Shown: positions 17,535 to 27,675 of the stretch, piece by piece
How positions within the stretch are numbered: the first letter of the stretch is position 1
Layout: every line of letters begins with the position of its first letter
Source: a virus
Taxonomy: Duplodnaviria; Caudoviricetes
Virus record (IMG/VR): IMGVR_UViG_3300046167_000709
Location: 2,243 to 66,242 of that record
Strand: one strand, 5' to 3'
DNA length: 64,000 nucleotides
Position numbers and translations under genes: made by a program
The notes under the pieces: model-generated
The model's database searches: none
Seen by the model: only the letters and a program-made list of their open reading frames with translations
What the model was told of the DNA's origin: nothing

Positions 17535-20500
17535 TTAAGGTTCATTAACTATTATAGCTGTAGCTTGAGTTACGCCTTCTGTTGGTAAAGTAGGGAAATT
17601 TTGTGAAATACTATTTATTGTTATTTCATAAGTGTAACTTCCATCAAATAAGTCTACAGTTTCAGATTCGTTATTTTCAGAGACTGTATCTGTTCCAGTT
17701 ACTAAAACAGCTACTTCTGTACCAACATTATTAAATATCCTACAAGTATAACCGATTTCTAAATCCGGGTTATCAGGTCCACTAGCGGAACCTCTAAGTT
17801 TAAACGGAGCTCCTTCAACTGAATCCGCATTAATTATCGTAAAACTACCAGGGCTTACTACTTTGGGGGGAGTTCCACAGACTCCTACACCATTGCTCAT
17901 ACAAGCAGAGTTTTTTCCGTCAGCGTATTGTATATTAAGCGCGTATATATATCTTACTTTAAAAGGACACTCTATAAAAAGCCCGCCACCATCTGTTAAA
18001 GTAACTACGATATCATATTCACCTTCAGGTGTTTCGGTTTGAGTTGGACGGACGTGACCCCAGTCAGTTAGAAATGGAAATTCTTCGTTTATAGTATTCC
18101 CTATAGTAAAAAAAGTAGGATGTGATTGACACTCTAAGCTCCAAACTAAATCCAATTGATCTACATCCGGTGAATAGCTACCGTTTCTACCTGAAAAAGT
18201 AAAAATAGTATCTTGTGGGCTTGTTTTGATGCCAAATTCAATCGTAGCTTGGGGACAAACATCTATTATTGGCGCTACGTTGTTTAAGACTACAGGTAAG
18301 TGTGCTATAAAAGGTGGTGCATTTGGCGGATCAGGGTCTTGGTTGGGATGGTTGAAATGTATTTCAAAAACCAAGTTGTTTACACCAGTAGTAACAGCTA
18401 GATTACTATAAGGAGCTGCTACTTGCATTTTAAAACTTCCGTTATTATTAGATATTGGTTGCTCAAAGCTGTCTATGTATGGATCGCCTAACAAGTTGTT
18501 TGTATTAGACGGGTTTCCTTCCTCATATACACTGACTAGTTCCGCCGTCGCAAGGTTTAGTGGCTGTATTGAGCTTTCGTTAAACAAAACAGCTCTAAAG
18601 CTTTGAACAAAAACTCCATCAGTATTATCACCTTGATGTGTTGTCTCAAATAATTCATCATTCCAGTTGCGTACTTCTGTGTAAATTTGTCCACCAGGAT
18701 TATCAGATATAGCTTTATTTAACTCACTAACCAAACCGCTTGTTGATGTTTCCCAGTATATATCTAGCAAAGATTTTTGAGCTTCTACTTCATATATATT
18801 TAAAGCTCCCCCAGCCGTAGGATATCCGCTTGCTGGAACCTGAACGCCTGCCTGTTTAGTTGTGCTAATTCTAGCAATTAAAGGGTCTGAATCTTGATTA
18901 TAAAAGAAATCAGGTTGTCCTGGTTTTGAAAAACCAATAAAAAGACCCCCTGGACTAATATATGAAGTTGAGTCTTGAATGTTAAGGTCTGGTGGGTCTG
19001 ATAATATACAACGAAAAGCTGGCCCATTCGACACTGCACCAGAGTCAAGAGTGTAATCATTGGGGTCTTGGCTGGATTGTATACTAGTAATAAACGTTTT
19101 ATTAGTCGGGTATATAGGGCTATTAACTACGTCTCCAACTTTAAGGGTTAAATTAAGTCTAATTCTGTCTTGGATTTCTAGCGGTGTTGGTGCTGGAGTT
19201 CCACCTCCTGGGCTAATTAAGGTAAGTTGATTAGCAGGGGTTGATGGACCTGGTTGCCAAAGAATGTTGCTTTGACCTATTCTTCTTTTAACAGGGTCTG
19301 ATTCTGGTATCTCAAATAAGTCATCTATAGTTCCAATAGCTGAAGCTATATCTCCAACTTTATCCGGAAAGAATTGAACATTATCAAAAAAAGCAGAGCC
19401 ATATGTAAAGTTTATTTCCGTACCAGCGCTACATTCAACTGCGCCACTGACTGTGATTTGCCCGGCATTTGTGTCTATGGCTTCTATAACCAAACCAGAA
19501 GGAATCGATATAGAGTCTAAACCCATACCAACTTCCATGCCCGTAAGATCTATTAATGCAAAACTCAAAATGTTAGAACCTCCAAGTGGAGAAGTATCAT
19601 TAGTGTCTCTGGTAAATGCTATGTCTGTTTTTTTATCACAAGCTACTCTAGGCCAAAGCTTAACGCTACTTCTAAACTGCTTTTGAGTAGGTCCAAGTTC
19701 TTGTAAATCTCTAGGTATTTTATTTATATTGTCACCAAATAAAGATATGTGAGATGTTTCAAAAGCTTCTTTTCCTGCGTCTAAAGGATAGCCTTCCATT
19801 ATTGGGGCTACATACGCATTATAATAATCTTGTTCTGTTTGCTTTACAACTACTTTGAAAGAATACCAACCAAGTGGGTTATAGTCGTTAGAGTTTTGAT
19901 CTCCATTGTAAAGACCTGGACTACCTAAGTAGGTGGATGGTATTAAACTATTAAATACGACTTTAAGTGACTCTCCATCAAATGCTGATGGATTATTTTG
20001 TTGGTCTGAAAGATCTCTAAAAGGATTGTATATAGTAGAAGCTAAGTAAGAAGGTATTGAGTTGAACTCAGACTCTGAAAGTATAACAGTAGACTGTCTA
20101 CCAAACCTATCTGCTAATACTATACCTACTTCGTAGTTTCTGTTTTGTTTTAAAGAAGCATTTGGATATTCTATTTTACTAGTTCCAAATGAATTTAAAA
20201 TACCTGGTCCAAAACCAAACTTTTCATTCGCAGCAAGGTTGTAGTTCAGAAAATTAGGCGGCATATGTTTATCTTGATAATTAGCATATACAACTCTATT
20301 ACTTATTATTTCTTGAGACTGAGCCCTTACCGGTACTTTATCATAAACCCTAGTGTTTTCACTTTCTGGAATTGTTTTAAAAGGAGACTTAGAACCATAT
20401 TCGTAAATAAAATATGTATCATTTCCAGAGAAGTTAGTAGAATTTACAGGTATAGTATCTACTACTTTTATAGCTATTTCATTAGATTCTTTATACAGTA

Positions 20501-21974
20501 TATCTATTTCTTGTATCTTAAGATCATTTTGTATATCACCAGCTTTGTAAGGTAATGGTACGTTTAAAGTTATTTTGTTAACTTTATTTTCCATAAAAGA
20601 AACCTCTGTACTTTGGTACGCTCTCTTTTCATCACTAATCTCAACGTCTTTTTTATAATCAAACTCTGATGCATCTTTAGGTATAAAATCATTTTCTAAA
20701 AAATAACCATCTTGTTGAGGTATAAAGCAAGGTTGTGTAAACGGAGCTATTAAAGAATACTCGCCGTCATCAAACTTAAATCTGTAAGAAAATCTAACAA
20801 ACTTATCTCCTAGATAATCAACGTTAGCAGTTGATGCAAATTGAGAGTCGTAATAAGGGTTTGGTATAGCAAATAAAATTTCTTCATTTAAAGATAAGGC
20901 GGGGTTAGGCGCTTGATCTACAATTACTTTTAAAGTTGGATAAAAAGCACTTCCGTCAGACGTAGAGTCTTTTTCTACGGAAACAACTTTAGATCCAGTA
21001 TCTACGATACTTGTACCAAGTACTTTAAAAACACTAAAACCTATGCCTCCATTTACTGTTCCAGCTAAATTTACATAGCCAGTGTAGTCTGTTAAATAAA
21101 ACTCTGTGTTTGGTGGGGGTGTGGCTGGATCAAAAACAAAACCGCTACCTCTTGGTGGTAAGTATTCTGATATAGCATCCTTCATTGTTGTTTCTGGTGA
21201 AGAAAAAACAAGAGTTTCAGATAAAGCAATTGTTACGTTTTGACTTAAAGTTACAGTTAAGTTATCTATACCTGTGACAAAAGTATTAAAAGGAACTCCA
21301 GCTCCACCACTTATTAAAACATCTCCAATACTTAAAGTGCCAACATTATTGCATACAACTGTATTTACATCAGCTGAGGCGGATGTGGACGTGGTTGTTA
21401 AAACTTCAGCATCAGAAACTTGACTTCCTTGATACAATTCTATTGATTGGTAAGGATAGTACTTAGCAACTGATATTTGATCTTCAGTTGTATAATAACC
21501 AGTTTGGTTGTTTATATTTACTTTTCTAGGCTGATTTCTATTGTCTGTAAAAAACAATAAATCTTCAAGAAGATTTGCCACTATAGGATTTAATGTTGAA
21601 AAGTTTAACCAATTACCTTCAGCTATTATTTTAGCACTAGTTGTAGCTTGGTTTACGTTCCATGAAACTATAGCGCTGTACTTAGTTGACTTATATGATT
21701 GTTTTTCGTTGTTTGTTAAAAAAGCAAAAACAGTATCAGAAGCTTCATCATCTAATAAACCTATAACCTGTAAGTCATCAACACCAGTTACGTTGACGTT
21801 GAAATCTATAACTTGCAAGTTACCTCTAACCGTTTGAGCAGTACCCACGTCTTCACCATCAGAATTATTTATAGTTATGTTGACAGCGTTTCTGTATTCA
21901 CCGTTAGGTAACAATCTATCGTCGAGATCCTTGTTCATCTTCGACCTTAAGAAACTATTTTTTACTTCAGCCAT
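17535..21974 (-). CDS. Large tail 'stabilization'-type structural protein
   Basis: N-terminus MNKDLDDRLLPNGEYRNAVN, LFFTDNRNQPRKVN, FSYRFKFDDGEYS, as in crAss-like/Bacteroidota podovirus tail proteins (from recall). Confidence 0.7.
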   Translation of the reverse strand: MAEVKNSFLRSKMNKDLDDRLLPNGEYRNAVNITINNSDGEDVGTAQTVRGNLQVIDFNVNVTGVDDLQVIGLLDDEASDTVFAFLTNNEKQSYKSTKYSAIVSWNVNQATTSAKIIAEGNWLNFSTLNPIVANLLEDLLFFTDNRNQPRKVNINNQTGYYTTEDQISVAKYYPYQSIELYQGSQVSDAEVLTTTSTSASADVNTVVCNNVGTLSIGDVLISGGAGVPFNTFVTGIDNLTVTLSQNVTIALSETLVFSSPETTMKDAISEYLPPRGSGFVFDPATPPPNTEFYLTDYTGYVNLAGTVNGGIGFSVFKVLGTSIVDTGSKVVSVEKDSTSDGSAFYPTLKVIVDQAPNPALSLNEEILFAIPNPYYDSQFASTANVDYLGDKFVRFSYRFKFDDGEYSLIAPFTQPCFIPQQDGYFLENDFIPKDASEFDYKKDVEISDEKRAYQSTEVSFMENKVNKITLNVPLPYKAGDIQNDLKIQEIDILYKESNEIAIKVVDTIPVNSTNFSGNDTYFIYEYGSKSPFKTIPESENTRVYDKVPVRAQSQEIISNRVVYANYQDKHMPPNFLNYNLAANEKFGFGPGILNSFGTSKIEYPNASLKQNRNYEVGIVLADRFGRQSTVILSESEFNSIPSYLASTIYNPFRDLSDQQNNPSAFDGESLKVVFNSLIPSTYLGSPGLYNGDQNSNDYNPLGWYSFKVVVKQTEQDYYNAYVAPIMEGYPLDAGKEAFETSHISLFGDNINKIPRDLQELGPTQKQFRSSVKLWPRVACDKKTDIAFTRDTNDTSPLGGSNILSFALIDLTGMEVGMGLDSISIPSGLVIEAIDTNAGQITVSGAVECSAGTEINFTYGSAFFDNVQFFPDKVGDIASAIGTIDDLFEIPESDPVKRRIGQSNILWQPGPSTPANQLTLISPGGGTPAPTPLEIQDRIRLNLTLKVGDVVNSPIYPTNKTFITSIQSSQDPNDYTLDSGAVSNGPAFRCILSDPPDLNIQDSTSYISPGGLFIGFSKPGQPDFFYNQDSDPLIARISTTKQAGVQVPASGYPTAGGALNIYEVEAQKSLLDIYWETSTSGLVSELNKAISDNPGGQIYTEVRNWNDELFETTHQGDNTDGVFVQSFRAVLFNESSIQPLNLATAELVSVYEEGNPSNTNNLLGDPYIDSFEQPISNNNGSFKMQVAAPYSNLAVTTGVNNLVFEIHFNHPNQDPDPPNAPPFIAHLPVVLNNVAPIIDVCPQATIEFGIKTSPQDTIFTFSGRNGSYSPDVDQLDLVWSLECQSHPTFFTIGNTINEEFPFLTDWGHVRPTQTETPEGEYDIVVTLTDGGGLFIECPFKVRYIYALNIQYADGKNSACMSNGVGVCGTPPKVVSPGSFTIINADSVEGAPFKLRGSASGPDNPDLEIGYTCRIFNNVGTEVAVLVTGTDTVSENNESETVDLFDGSYTYEITINSISQNFPTLPTEGVTQATAIIVNEP

Positions 21975-21980
21975 TTAATT

Positions 21981-23201
21981 TTAGTGTTTAATCCATTTAG
22001 ACTTACCTCTCATTACTTGAGCAATTTCACCAGTCTTTATATTAGATAATCTTATTTTTGCATTCCTTAATTTAGCAGACCTTTCTTTTTTCAATCTTTG
22101 AACTACATACTCTGGTTGATTAGCACGTGTAGATATAACAGCATGCAATATATGCGCGTATAAAGCCTCCTCTGCCATTTTAGGTATCTTAGTATCTGTA
22201 TCATATGCTAAGCCATCAGAGATGTATTCTAGCAATATAAGCTCACCAACTAATCCACTAGAAAAAGACATTTTACCTTCTCTTTCGTTTAAATTAAAAT
22301 AACCATTTTTTTGAGCATATTGAGGATCTAAACCATATTGTCCTCTATAGTTTCCATATATAAAATCACCGTTACCTCTAAATTTAAAACCTAAAGTGTC
22401 TGGGTTTTCTGCTAAATAATCATTAAGATCTGGATCGCTATTACTATGCCATCTTTCTTGTATAATAGAGGTTCCTTCTACGTTTTCTCCAAAGTTATCT
22501 TGAGTTGGCACTCCTTTTGAGTCTTGAATGTTAGTGTAAAAAGGACTATCAGTTAAGTTGTTAGTTGGGTATATAATATGTTTAATACCATTTCTATCTG
22601 TCCAAGAAGTTCTAACATAATTAACATAGTCTTGTGGTAAAGCTAAAGTTAAATTTTGAGGTATAGTTAGCTCTGATTTTTTAACACTCTTAAGAGTATC
22701 GTAACTAAACTCTTGTAAACCTCTTTTAGCGAAAAAAAGTATATCTGATTTTTTAGCCCTTTGTATTAACTTGCCACTTCCTACATAACCAACCATAAAG
22801 TTGTCTATAACATCTTCTAATGTAATATAAGAATAACCTCCATAGTTATCTTCAACTGTTTGGCCAAAAGCTTTATCAATCTCATCGTTACCATAAAGAC
22901 CTCCGTCTAGTTTTTTTAACTGAACAACTATGTATAAACCAGCGAGTGGAGGGTTAGAAAACTCTATAGCATTGTTTACAACAAAAAACTCTGTAATATA
23001 CTCTTCATATTCACCTGGTAAGCCAGTGCTACTTGTGTATAGCTTGAAGTTGTTTAAAGAATAATTTATATTTTCAGGATCAAAATGCCCTAGTATTAAA
23101 TCTGTATTAAAAGTGGTTGGAAAAGTTAGCGTAGTGCCATCACCTCTAAAGCTTTGAGCGCCTTGATAATATTGTTGGTTTGTTTCCGTTATTAAACTCA
23201 T
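21981..23201 (-). CDS. Head-tail connector / ring structural protein
   Basis: Position between capsid and tail genes; LPQDYVNY, LEYISDG motifs. Confidence 0.6.
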   Translation of the reverse strand: MSLITETNQQYYQGAQSFRGDGTTLTFPTTFNTDLILGHFDPENINYSLNNFKLYTSSTGLPGEYEEYITEFFVVNNAIEFSNPPLAGLYIVVQLKKLDGGLYGNDEIDKAFGQTVEDNYGGYSYITLEDVIDNFMVGYVGSGKLIQRAKKSDILFFAKRGLQEFSYDTLKSVKKSELTIPQNLTLALPQDYVNYVRTSWTDRNGIKHIIYPTNNLTDSPFYTNIQDSKGVPTQDNFGENVEGTSIIQERWHSNSDPDLNDYLAENPDTLGFKFRGNGDFIYGNYRGQYGLDPQYAQKNGYFNLNEREGKMSFSSGLVGELILLEYISDGLAYDTDTKIPKMAEEALYAHILHAVISTRANQPEYVVQRLKKERSAKLRNAKIRLSNIKTGEIAQVMRGKSKWIKH

Positions 23202-23204
23202 TTA

Positions 23205-23945
23205 TTAGCTTTTTTCGTTAATTTCCATTTGTTGAGCTTCTTGAGAAGCTGCTTGAATTATTGTTGGATCATTTATTACTATTCCAAAATATTTTAATAT
23301 TTCTAATATCAAAAGACTTTGTTCAGATACATCTAATTCAAAGTCAGTAGACACGCTTGGACTTGAGTTGTAAATATATTGACCTAATCCACCAATAGTA
23401 AAACCCCATTTTGGTGGTGTTGGCGTTATTATTGTATTTACTGTTATAGAGTTTGGAGTAGGTGTTACTTTAAGTGTTAAAGCACCTACTGCGTTTCCTG
23501 TGAAGAATAAAGGATTTTTTTTGTTTGGAGCTGTAAGTTTTGATCTTGATATTTTATTAAACTCTGCTTTACTAACTAATTGAGTTGTAGAGTTTATAAT
23601 AGGATTTACGTCAGTGTAGTTTGATATTACTTCACCTATTTTGTAAACATTAGCACTAGTAAGAAAAACATCTTTATTATCATTATAAGTAAAAATTGAT
23701 TCTTTTTCAAAAGGGTATAATTTATACTCTATATCTTTAAACATGTTGAAAAACTCTGTATCGTTTTGAGAGTTTGTTTGATCTTTACGGTATTGTTGAT
23801 TGCCATCTGGAAAATAAGATTCAAATATTTGAAACTGAACTTGCTCAGCAACACTGTTAAACTCAGCAGGTGTTACATAACCTCTTTGTTCTTTGTTTAG
23901 TACAAACAAGACTGTTTTATATACTTTGTCTACGCTTACCGCCAT
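23205..23945 (-). CDS. Head-tail adaptor / ring protein
   Basis: NKEQRGYVTPAEFN...PPKWGF motif; position downstream of the capsid genes. Confidence 0.6.
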   Translation of the reverse strand: MAVSVDKVYKTVLFVLNKEQRGYVTPAEFNSVAEQVQFQIFESYFPDGNQQYRKDQTNSQNDTEFFNMFKDIEYKLYPFEKESIFTYNDNKDVFLTSANVYKIGEVISNYTDVNPIINSTTQLVSKAEFNKISRSKLTAPNKKNPLFFTGNAVGALTLKVTPTPNSITVNTIITPTPPKWGFTIGGLGQYIYNSSPSVSTDFELDVSEQSLLILEILKYFGIVINDPTIIQAASQEAQQMEINEKS

Positions 23946-24014
23946 TTTTTATTTTTTATTATAATATATTGGAGACCACTTGCGTAGCCTCCATTATATT
24001 AGTATTACTTGTTT

Positions 24015-24839
24015 TTATAGTTTTTTATCTATAGACTTATAGATTTCTACACCTTCGTCAGTTTTTAAGAAAGCCGCGAATGCAGAATAAGGGTTTTCGT
24101 CAAATGGTACATTCATTAATTTCCTACCATTTGATCCCCATGTAAATGTTCTTTGATCTCCTGATAAATTTATAATACCAGATTCAGATGCTCTAATAGC
24201 AAAATTACGCAGCATAACATTTTCATCATTAGCAAGACTTATAAAAGTTGCTGGATTACGTCTAGCAAATAACAATAAATCTCTTTTCAATTCCTTAGAT
24301 CCCATAGTTGTTACTTTAGACCCTAACTCAACTCTCAGTATAGCTTCTGCTTGATCTATATCCATTGTCTTTGCAGCAGACATCGCATCAAACTCTAAGT
24401 TTAAATAATCAAGTTCATCAACAGCTTTTTTAACTGAATCAAACTCACTGTATTTAACATCCTTGTAAGGGTGGTAAATAGATAGTAATTTTTGTAAGTT
24501 TTGTTTTTCCTTTGGTACCGTTAAAGTTCCATTTTTAAATATAATATGACCTAATGTAACTTGACCTTTTTGTTCTTGAACAAATACAGAGTTTTGATTA
24601 GTAGCATACCTAAGTTCTTTTTGAGTGTTTTCATCTTTATCAAACCAAATTAATGGATATCTAGAACTATGTTTTGAAGGTATTGTGTGTGTGAGTGGGG
24701 TTTGTGGACCTTTTAAAAAATAAGTCCTATCTTTAATTTCCCACGTTGGTTTTGTGGGTTTTTGTGGTGCAGTTTTAACTGCTACCTCTTGAGTTGCAAC
24801 CTCAATTGTTTCTTCTGCTTTAGTAGCTTTTTTAGCCAT
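24015..24839 (-). CDS. Conserved capsid-adjacent hypothetical protein
   Basis: 274-aa ORF directly after the major capsid gene. Confidence 0.6.
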   Translation of the reverse strand: MAKKATKAEETIEVATQEVAVKTAPQKPTKPTWEIKDRTYFLKGPQTPLTHTIPSKHSSRYPLIWFDKDENTQKELRYATNQNSVFVQEQKGQVTLGHIIFKNGTLTVPKEKQNLQKLLSIYHPYKDVKYSEFDSVKKAVDELDYLNLEFDAMSAAKTMDIDQAEAILRVELGSKVTTMGSKELKRDLLLFARRNPATFISLANDENVMLRNFAIRASESGIINLSGDQRTFTWGSNGRKLMNVPFDENPYSAFAAFLKTDEGVEIYKSIDKKL

Positions 24840-24869
24840 GATATAATAAAATTAAATAGTTTAAAATTG

Positions 24870-24911
24870 TGACAATAGCCATAGTATATAAATAGTAAGG
24901 GGCTAATGTCA
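24870..24911. promoter_or_regulatory. TGACA...TGTCA palindromic site, copy 1
   Basis: TGACAATAGCC-N20-GGCTAATGTCA in the intergenic gap after the capsid gene. Confidence 0.7.
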
Positions 24912-24974
24912 TATAAGAGTAATAATTACCCCCGTCAGTTCAACGAGGGTAAGAATTACATTTGTTTAGTTTAA

Positions 24975-26450
24975 CTATGCAGCGTTAAATAACACGAAGT
25001 TATTAGCAGCTTGCACACATAAACATCTTTCAGTTAAGAAATGTACTTGCATCGCGTCTAGTGAAGAAGTGTAAGCTCCACCTGCAGAACCAGTGATCCA
25101 AGACTTCATACGACGATCATCAGCTTGTGAAGCTCTGTATCGTACATGTAAGAATGGTCGACGGATGTTAGTTCCTAAGATTTGATCGTAAACAGTAGAA
25201 GTTCCAGCTGGTACTAATATACCATCTATACTAGCAACTGCAACACCACCACGAGTAGAAGCATCGTTAAGATATTTCCAGTCAGTCTTATAGAAATCGT
25301 AAGATCCTCTACGGAACCCGCTAAATCCTAAGTTCAAAGCCATTTCTTCTGAGTTTTCAAACAAACCAAAAGCAGTTCCACCGTTAGTTCCATTAGAAAT
25401 ACTAGCTAACATATCATCAAAATCTAAAGAAGTAGCTCTATTTAAGAAAAGCATATTCTCTTCAATTGCTCCTTGAGTATCTAAGTTTTTAAGAATCTCA
25501 TCGAAAGAACCTAAACGATTTGCATCAGTTTCACCAGCAGCGCTGAATCCAGTAACAACGTTACCACGATCTTTTACAGCTGCAAATAAACCTTCAGTAC
25601 CTTTATACCCAGCAGTAGCAAGTGTTCCACCAGCTTTTGCTAGTTCACCTTCAACTACAGACATTTCTAAGTAATCTTCAAAACGTAAACGAGTTTCAGA
25701 TTCAGCTTTTAAATACCATAAGTACCCAGATGTTCCGTCTTCAGTAGCAACTTCAACCCATCCAATCTGTGCCATATCAGATCCATTGATCTCATATTTA
25801 GACCTAATAATTATTGGAGAATTGCTAAATTGTGTAAAAGATGGTTCAACAGAAATTAAATCATCGTCATGAGAACCTTTTTTGAACTCAGAACCGTATA
25901 CGAAAATTTTCAAAGTTGTTGAGTCTGATAAATCAACTTCACCAGCACCACCACCTGCAAGAGTATCTTGAGTGTAAGGAGTTACTTGTAAAACACCAGC
26001 TGCTAAAGCAGATCCTGGAGTAGCGCCAGAGGCATCTACAAAACACTTTAATTCAACGCCAGTCGCTGGGTCAGCTACTACAATTGTTTGTCCTGGAGAC
26101 ACAACGTTTTGAACGAAAGCAGTTCCAGCTCCACCAACAGTGATAGTAAGTTCTGTTCCAGCTACGTTAGAAGCTACACCATCGTATGCGACGTGTAATC
26201 TGTTTTGCTCTGACCATACAACTTGATCAGAAGTCATTGGCATTTCAGCTCCTACCATACGTAAGAATCCAGATAAAGTTCTGTTTCCGTAACGCTCTAC
26301 TTCTTGCTCATAAATCTCAGGTAGATACTGTTGTGCAAAGTCATTTCCTCCACCATCTGTGAAGTTTAAGTAATTTGATTCAAGCGTCTGCTGTTTTTGA
26401 GACGGCTTGATTGATCCTAAAAAAGGATCTGGGCTATAAGTTATTGCCAT
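24975..26450 (-). CDS. Major capsid protein
   Basis: 491 aa in terminase-portal-scaffold-capsid order; FAQQYLPEIYEQEVERYGNR, GTEGLF, GFRRGSYDFYK. Confidence 0.85.
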   Translation of the reverse strand: MAITYSPDPFLGSIKPSQKQQTLESNYLNFTDGGGNDFAQQYLPEIYEQEVERYGNRTLSGFLRMVGAEMPMTSDQVVWSEQNRLHVAYDGVASNVAGTELTITVGGAGTAFVQNVVSPGQTIVVADPATGVELKCFVDASGATPGSALAAGVLQVTPYTQDTLAGGGAGEVDLSDSTTLKIFVYGSEFKKGSHDDDLISVEPSFTQFSNSPIIIRSKYEINGSDMAQIGWVEVATEDGTSGYLWYLKAESETRLRFEDYLEMSVVEGELAKAGGTLATAGYKGTEGLFAAVKDRGNVVTGFSAAGETDANRLGSFDEILKNLDTQGAIEENMLFLNRATSLDFDDMLASISNGTNGGTAFGLFENSEEMALNLGFSGFRRGSYDFYKTDWKYLNDASTRGGVAVASIDGILVPAGTSTVYDQILGTNIRRPFLHVRYRASQADDRRMKSWITGSAGGAYTSSLDAMQVHFLTERCLCVQAANNFVLFNAA

Positions 26451-26464
26451 TTTTTTTAATTTTT

Positions 26465-27643
26465 TTAGTTAAATTTTCTTGTTTTTACTCTTAGTTTTGT
26501 AGAGTCAGCGCCTGAAATCGCTTTAACTTTAAATCCGTTAACAAACACATCACCTTGTGAAGACCTAGCTTTGGTATCACTTAAGTTTTTTGATTTGTTC
26601 ATAACGTCTTTTACAGCGTCGGCTTTTCCTTGCTCATAAAAATGAGCGGCAATCTTGTCTACGTTTTCAGCTGCATACATAGCTTTGTGATAACCTTTCG
26701 TGTCACTAACATTACCATCAGAGTCTAGGAACTTCCCGACAAGGTTGTTAATATTTGATTGGTTTTCTGCAACTCTATCTCTGTTTTGAATATTGTACTT
26801 ATAATTCTTATCACCGACTTTGATATCGAAACCTTCGAAACCATCGCTAAAAAGTTGTTTAGTACTTTCTTTAAATTGTGAATGTTGTTGCTCGGCTAAT
26901 TCCTGCTGCTTATTATATCGGTTGAAAAAGTCCATTGCTTTTTGCTGATCCTGAGTAACGCCCGGTCTCAACTTGATCTCGTCGTAATATTTACTCTTAG
27001 TCTCTTCTAAAAAGCCTTTGGCCTTTGCAACTTCTTCTTTAAACGCAAGTTTTTTCTTACGTATATCTTTATCCTCGTCTAAATCTTCATCATAATCAAA
27101 GTCTTCTAATAACAACTCAAGATCTGAACTATCTAAATAAGGTTTATTTTTTTTGTAATATTCTTTTAACAATGTTTTGTCATCTACATTAGAGTAGTCC
27201 GCATTTAAACGAGTGTAATCCTCTATAGTTCCACCTGTTTCTTCCATAAATGAAACTAATTTTTCGATGTTTTCTGGTAATTGCCTACCTAAAACTTTTT
27301 CGTCTCTCAAAGCCTCTTTAACCTCAGCTTCTACTTTAGCTACTTCAACTTCTTTGATTGGTGTAAACTCTTTAGCATCTTTGACGGGCTCTTGTACTTG
27401 TTCTCCCACCTTAGCGCTATCTCCGGATGGTTCTTCCACAAGAACTTCCTTTGTTTCTCCGATTTGAATGGCATCTTCTACTTTTGTTTCTTCTTTAGGT
27501 ATCACCACTTTGGTAACTTCCTCTTCAACTTTTTTCACTGGTTCTTTTAATTCAACCTTTGTGATTTCATTTTTTTTACCTAAGTTTTTAGGTTTTGGTT
27601 TTGACTTTATTTTAAAGTCACCTTCTTGTTTTACTTCTGACAT
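26465..27643 (-). CDS. Capsid scaffolding protein
   Basis: Glu/Lys-rich low-complexity N-half; HFYEQGKADA near the C-terminus; between portal and capsid genes. Confidence 0.75.
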   Translation of the reverse strand: MSEVKQEGDFKIKSKPKPKNLGKKNEITKVELKEPVKKVEEEVTKVVIPKEETKVEDAIQIGETKEVLVEEPSGDSAKVGEQVQEPVKDAKEFTPIKEVEVAKVEAEVKEALRDEKVLGRQLPENIEKLVSFMEETGGTIEDYTRLNADYSNVDDKTLLKEYYKKNKPYLDSSDLELLLEDFDYDEDLDEDKDIRKKKLAFKEEVAKAKGFLEETKSKYYDEIKLRPGVTQDQQKAMDFFNRYNKQQELAEQQHSQFKESTKQLFSDGFEGFDIKVGDKNYKYNIQNRDRVAENQSNINNLVGKFLDSDGNVSDTKGYHKAMYAAENVDKIAAHFYEQGKADAVKDVMNKSKNLSDTKARSSQGDVFVNGFKVKAISGADSTKLRVKTRKFN

Positions 27644-27675
27644 AATATAATATAATTAAAAAAATTGTTTACTTT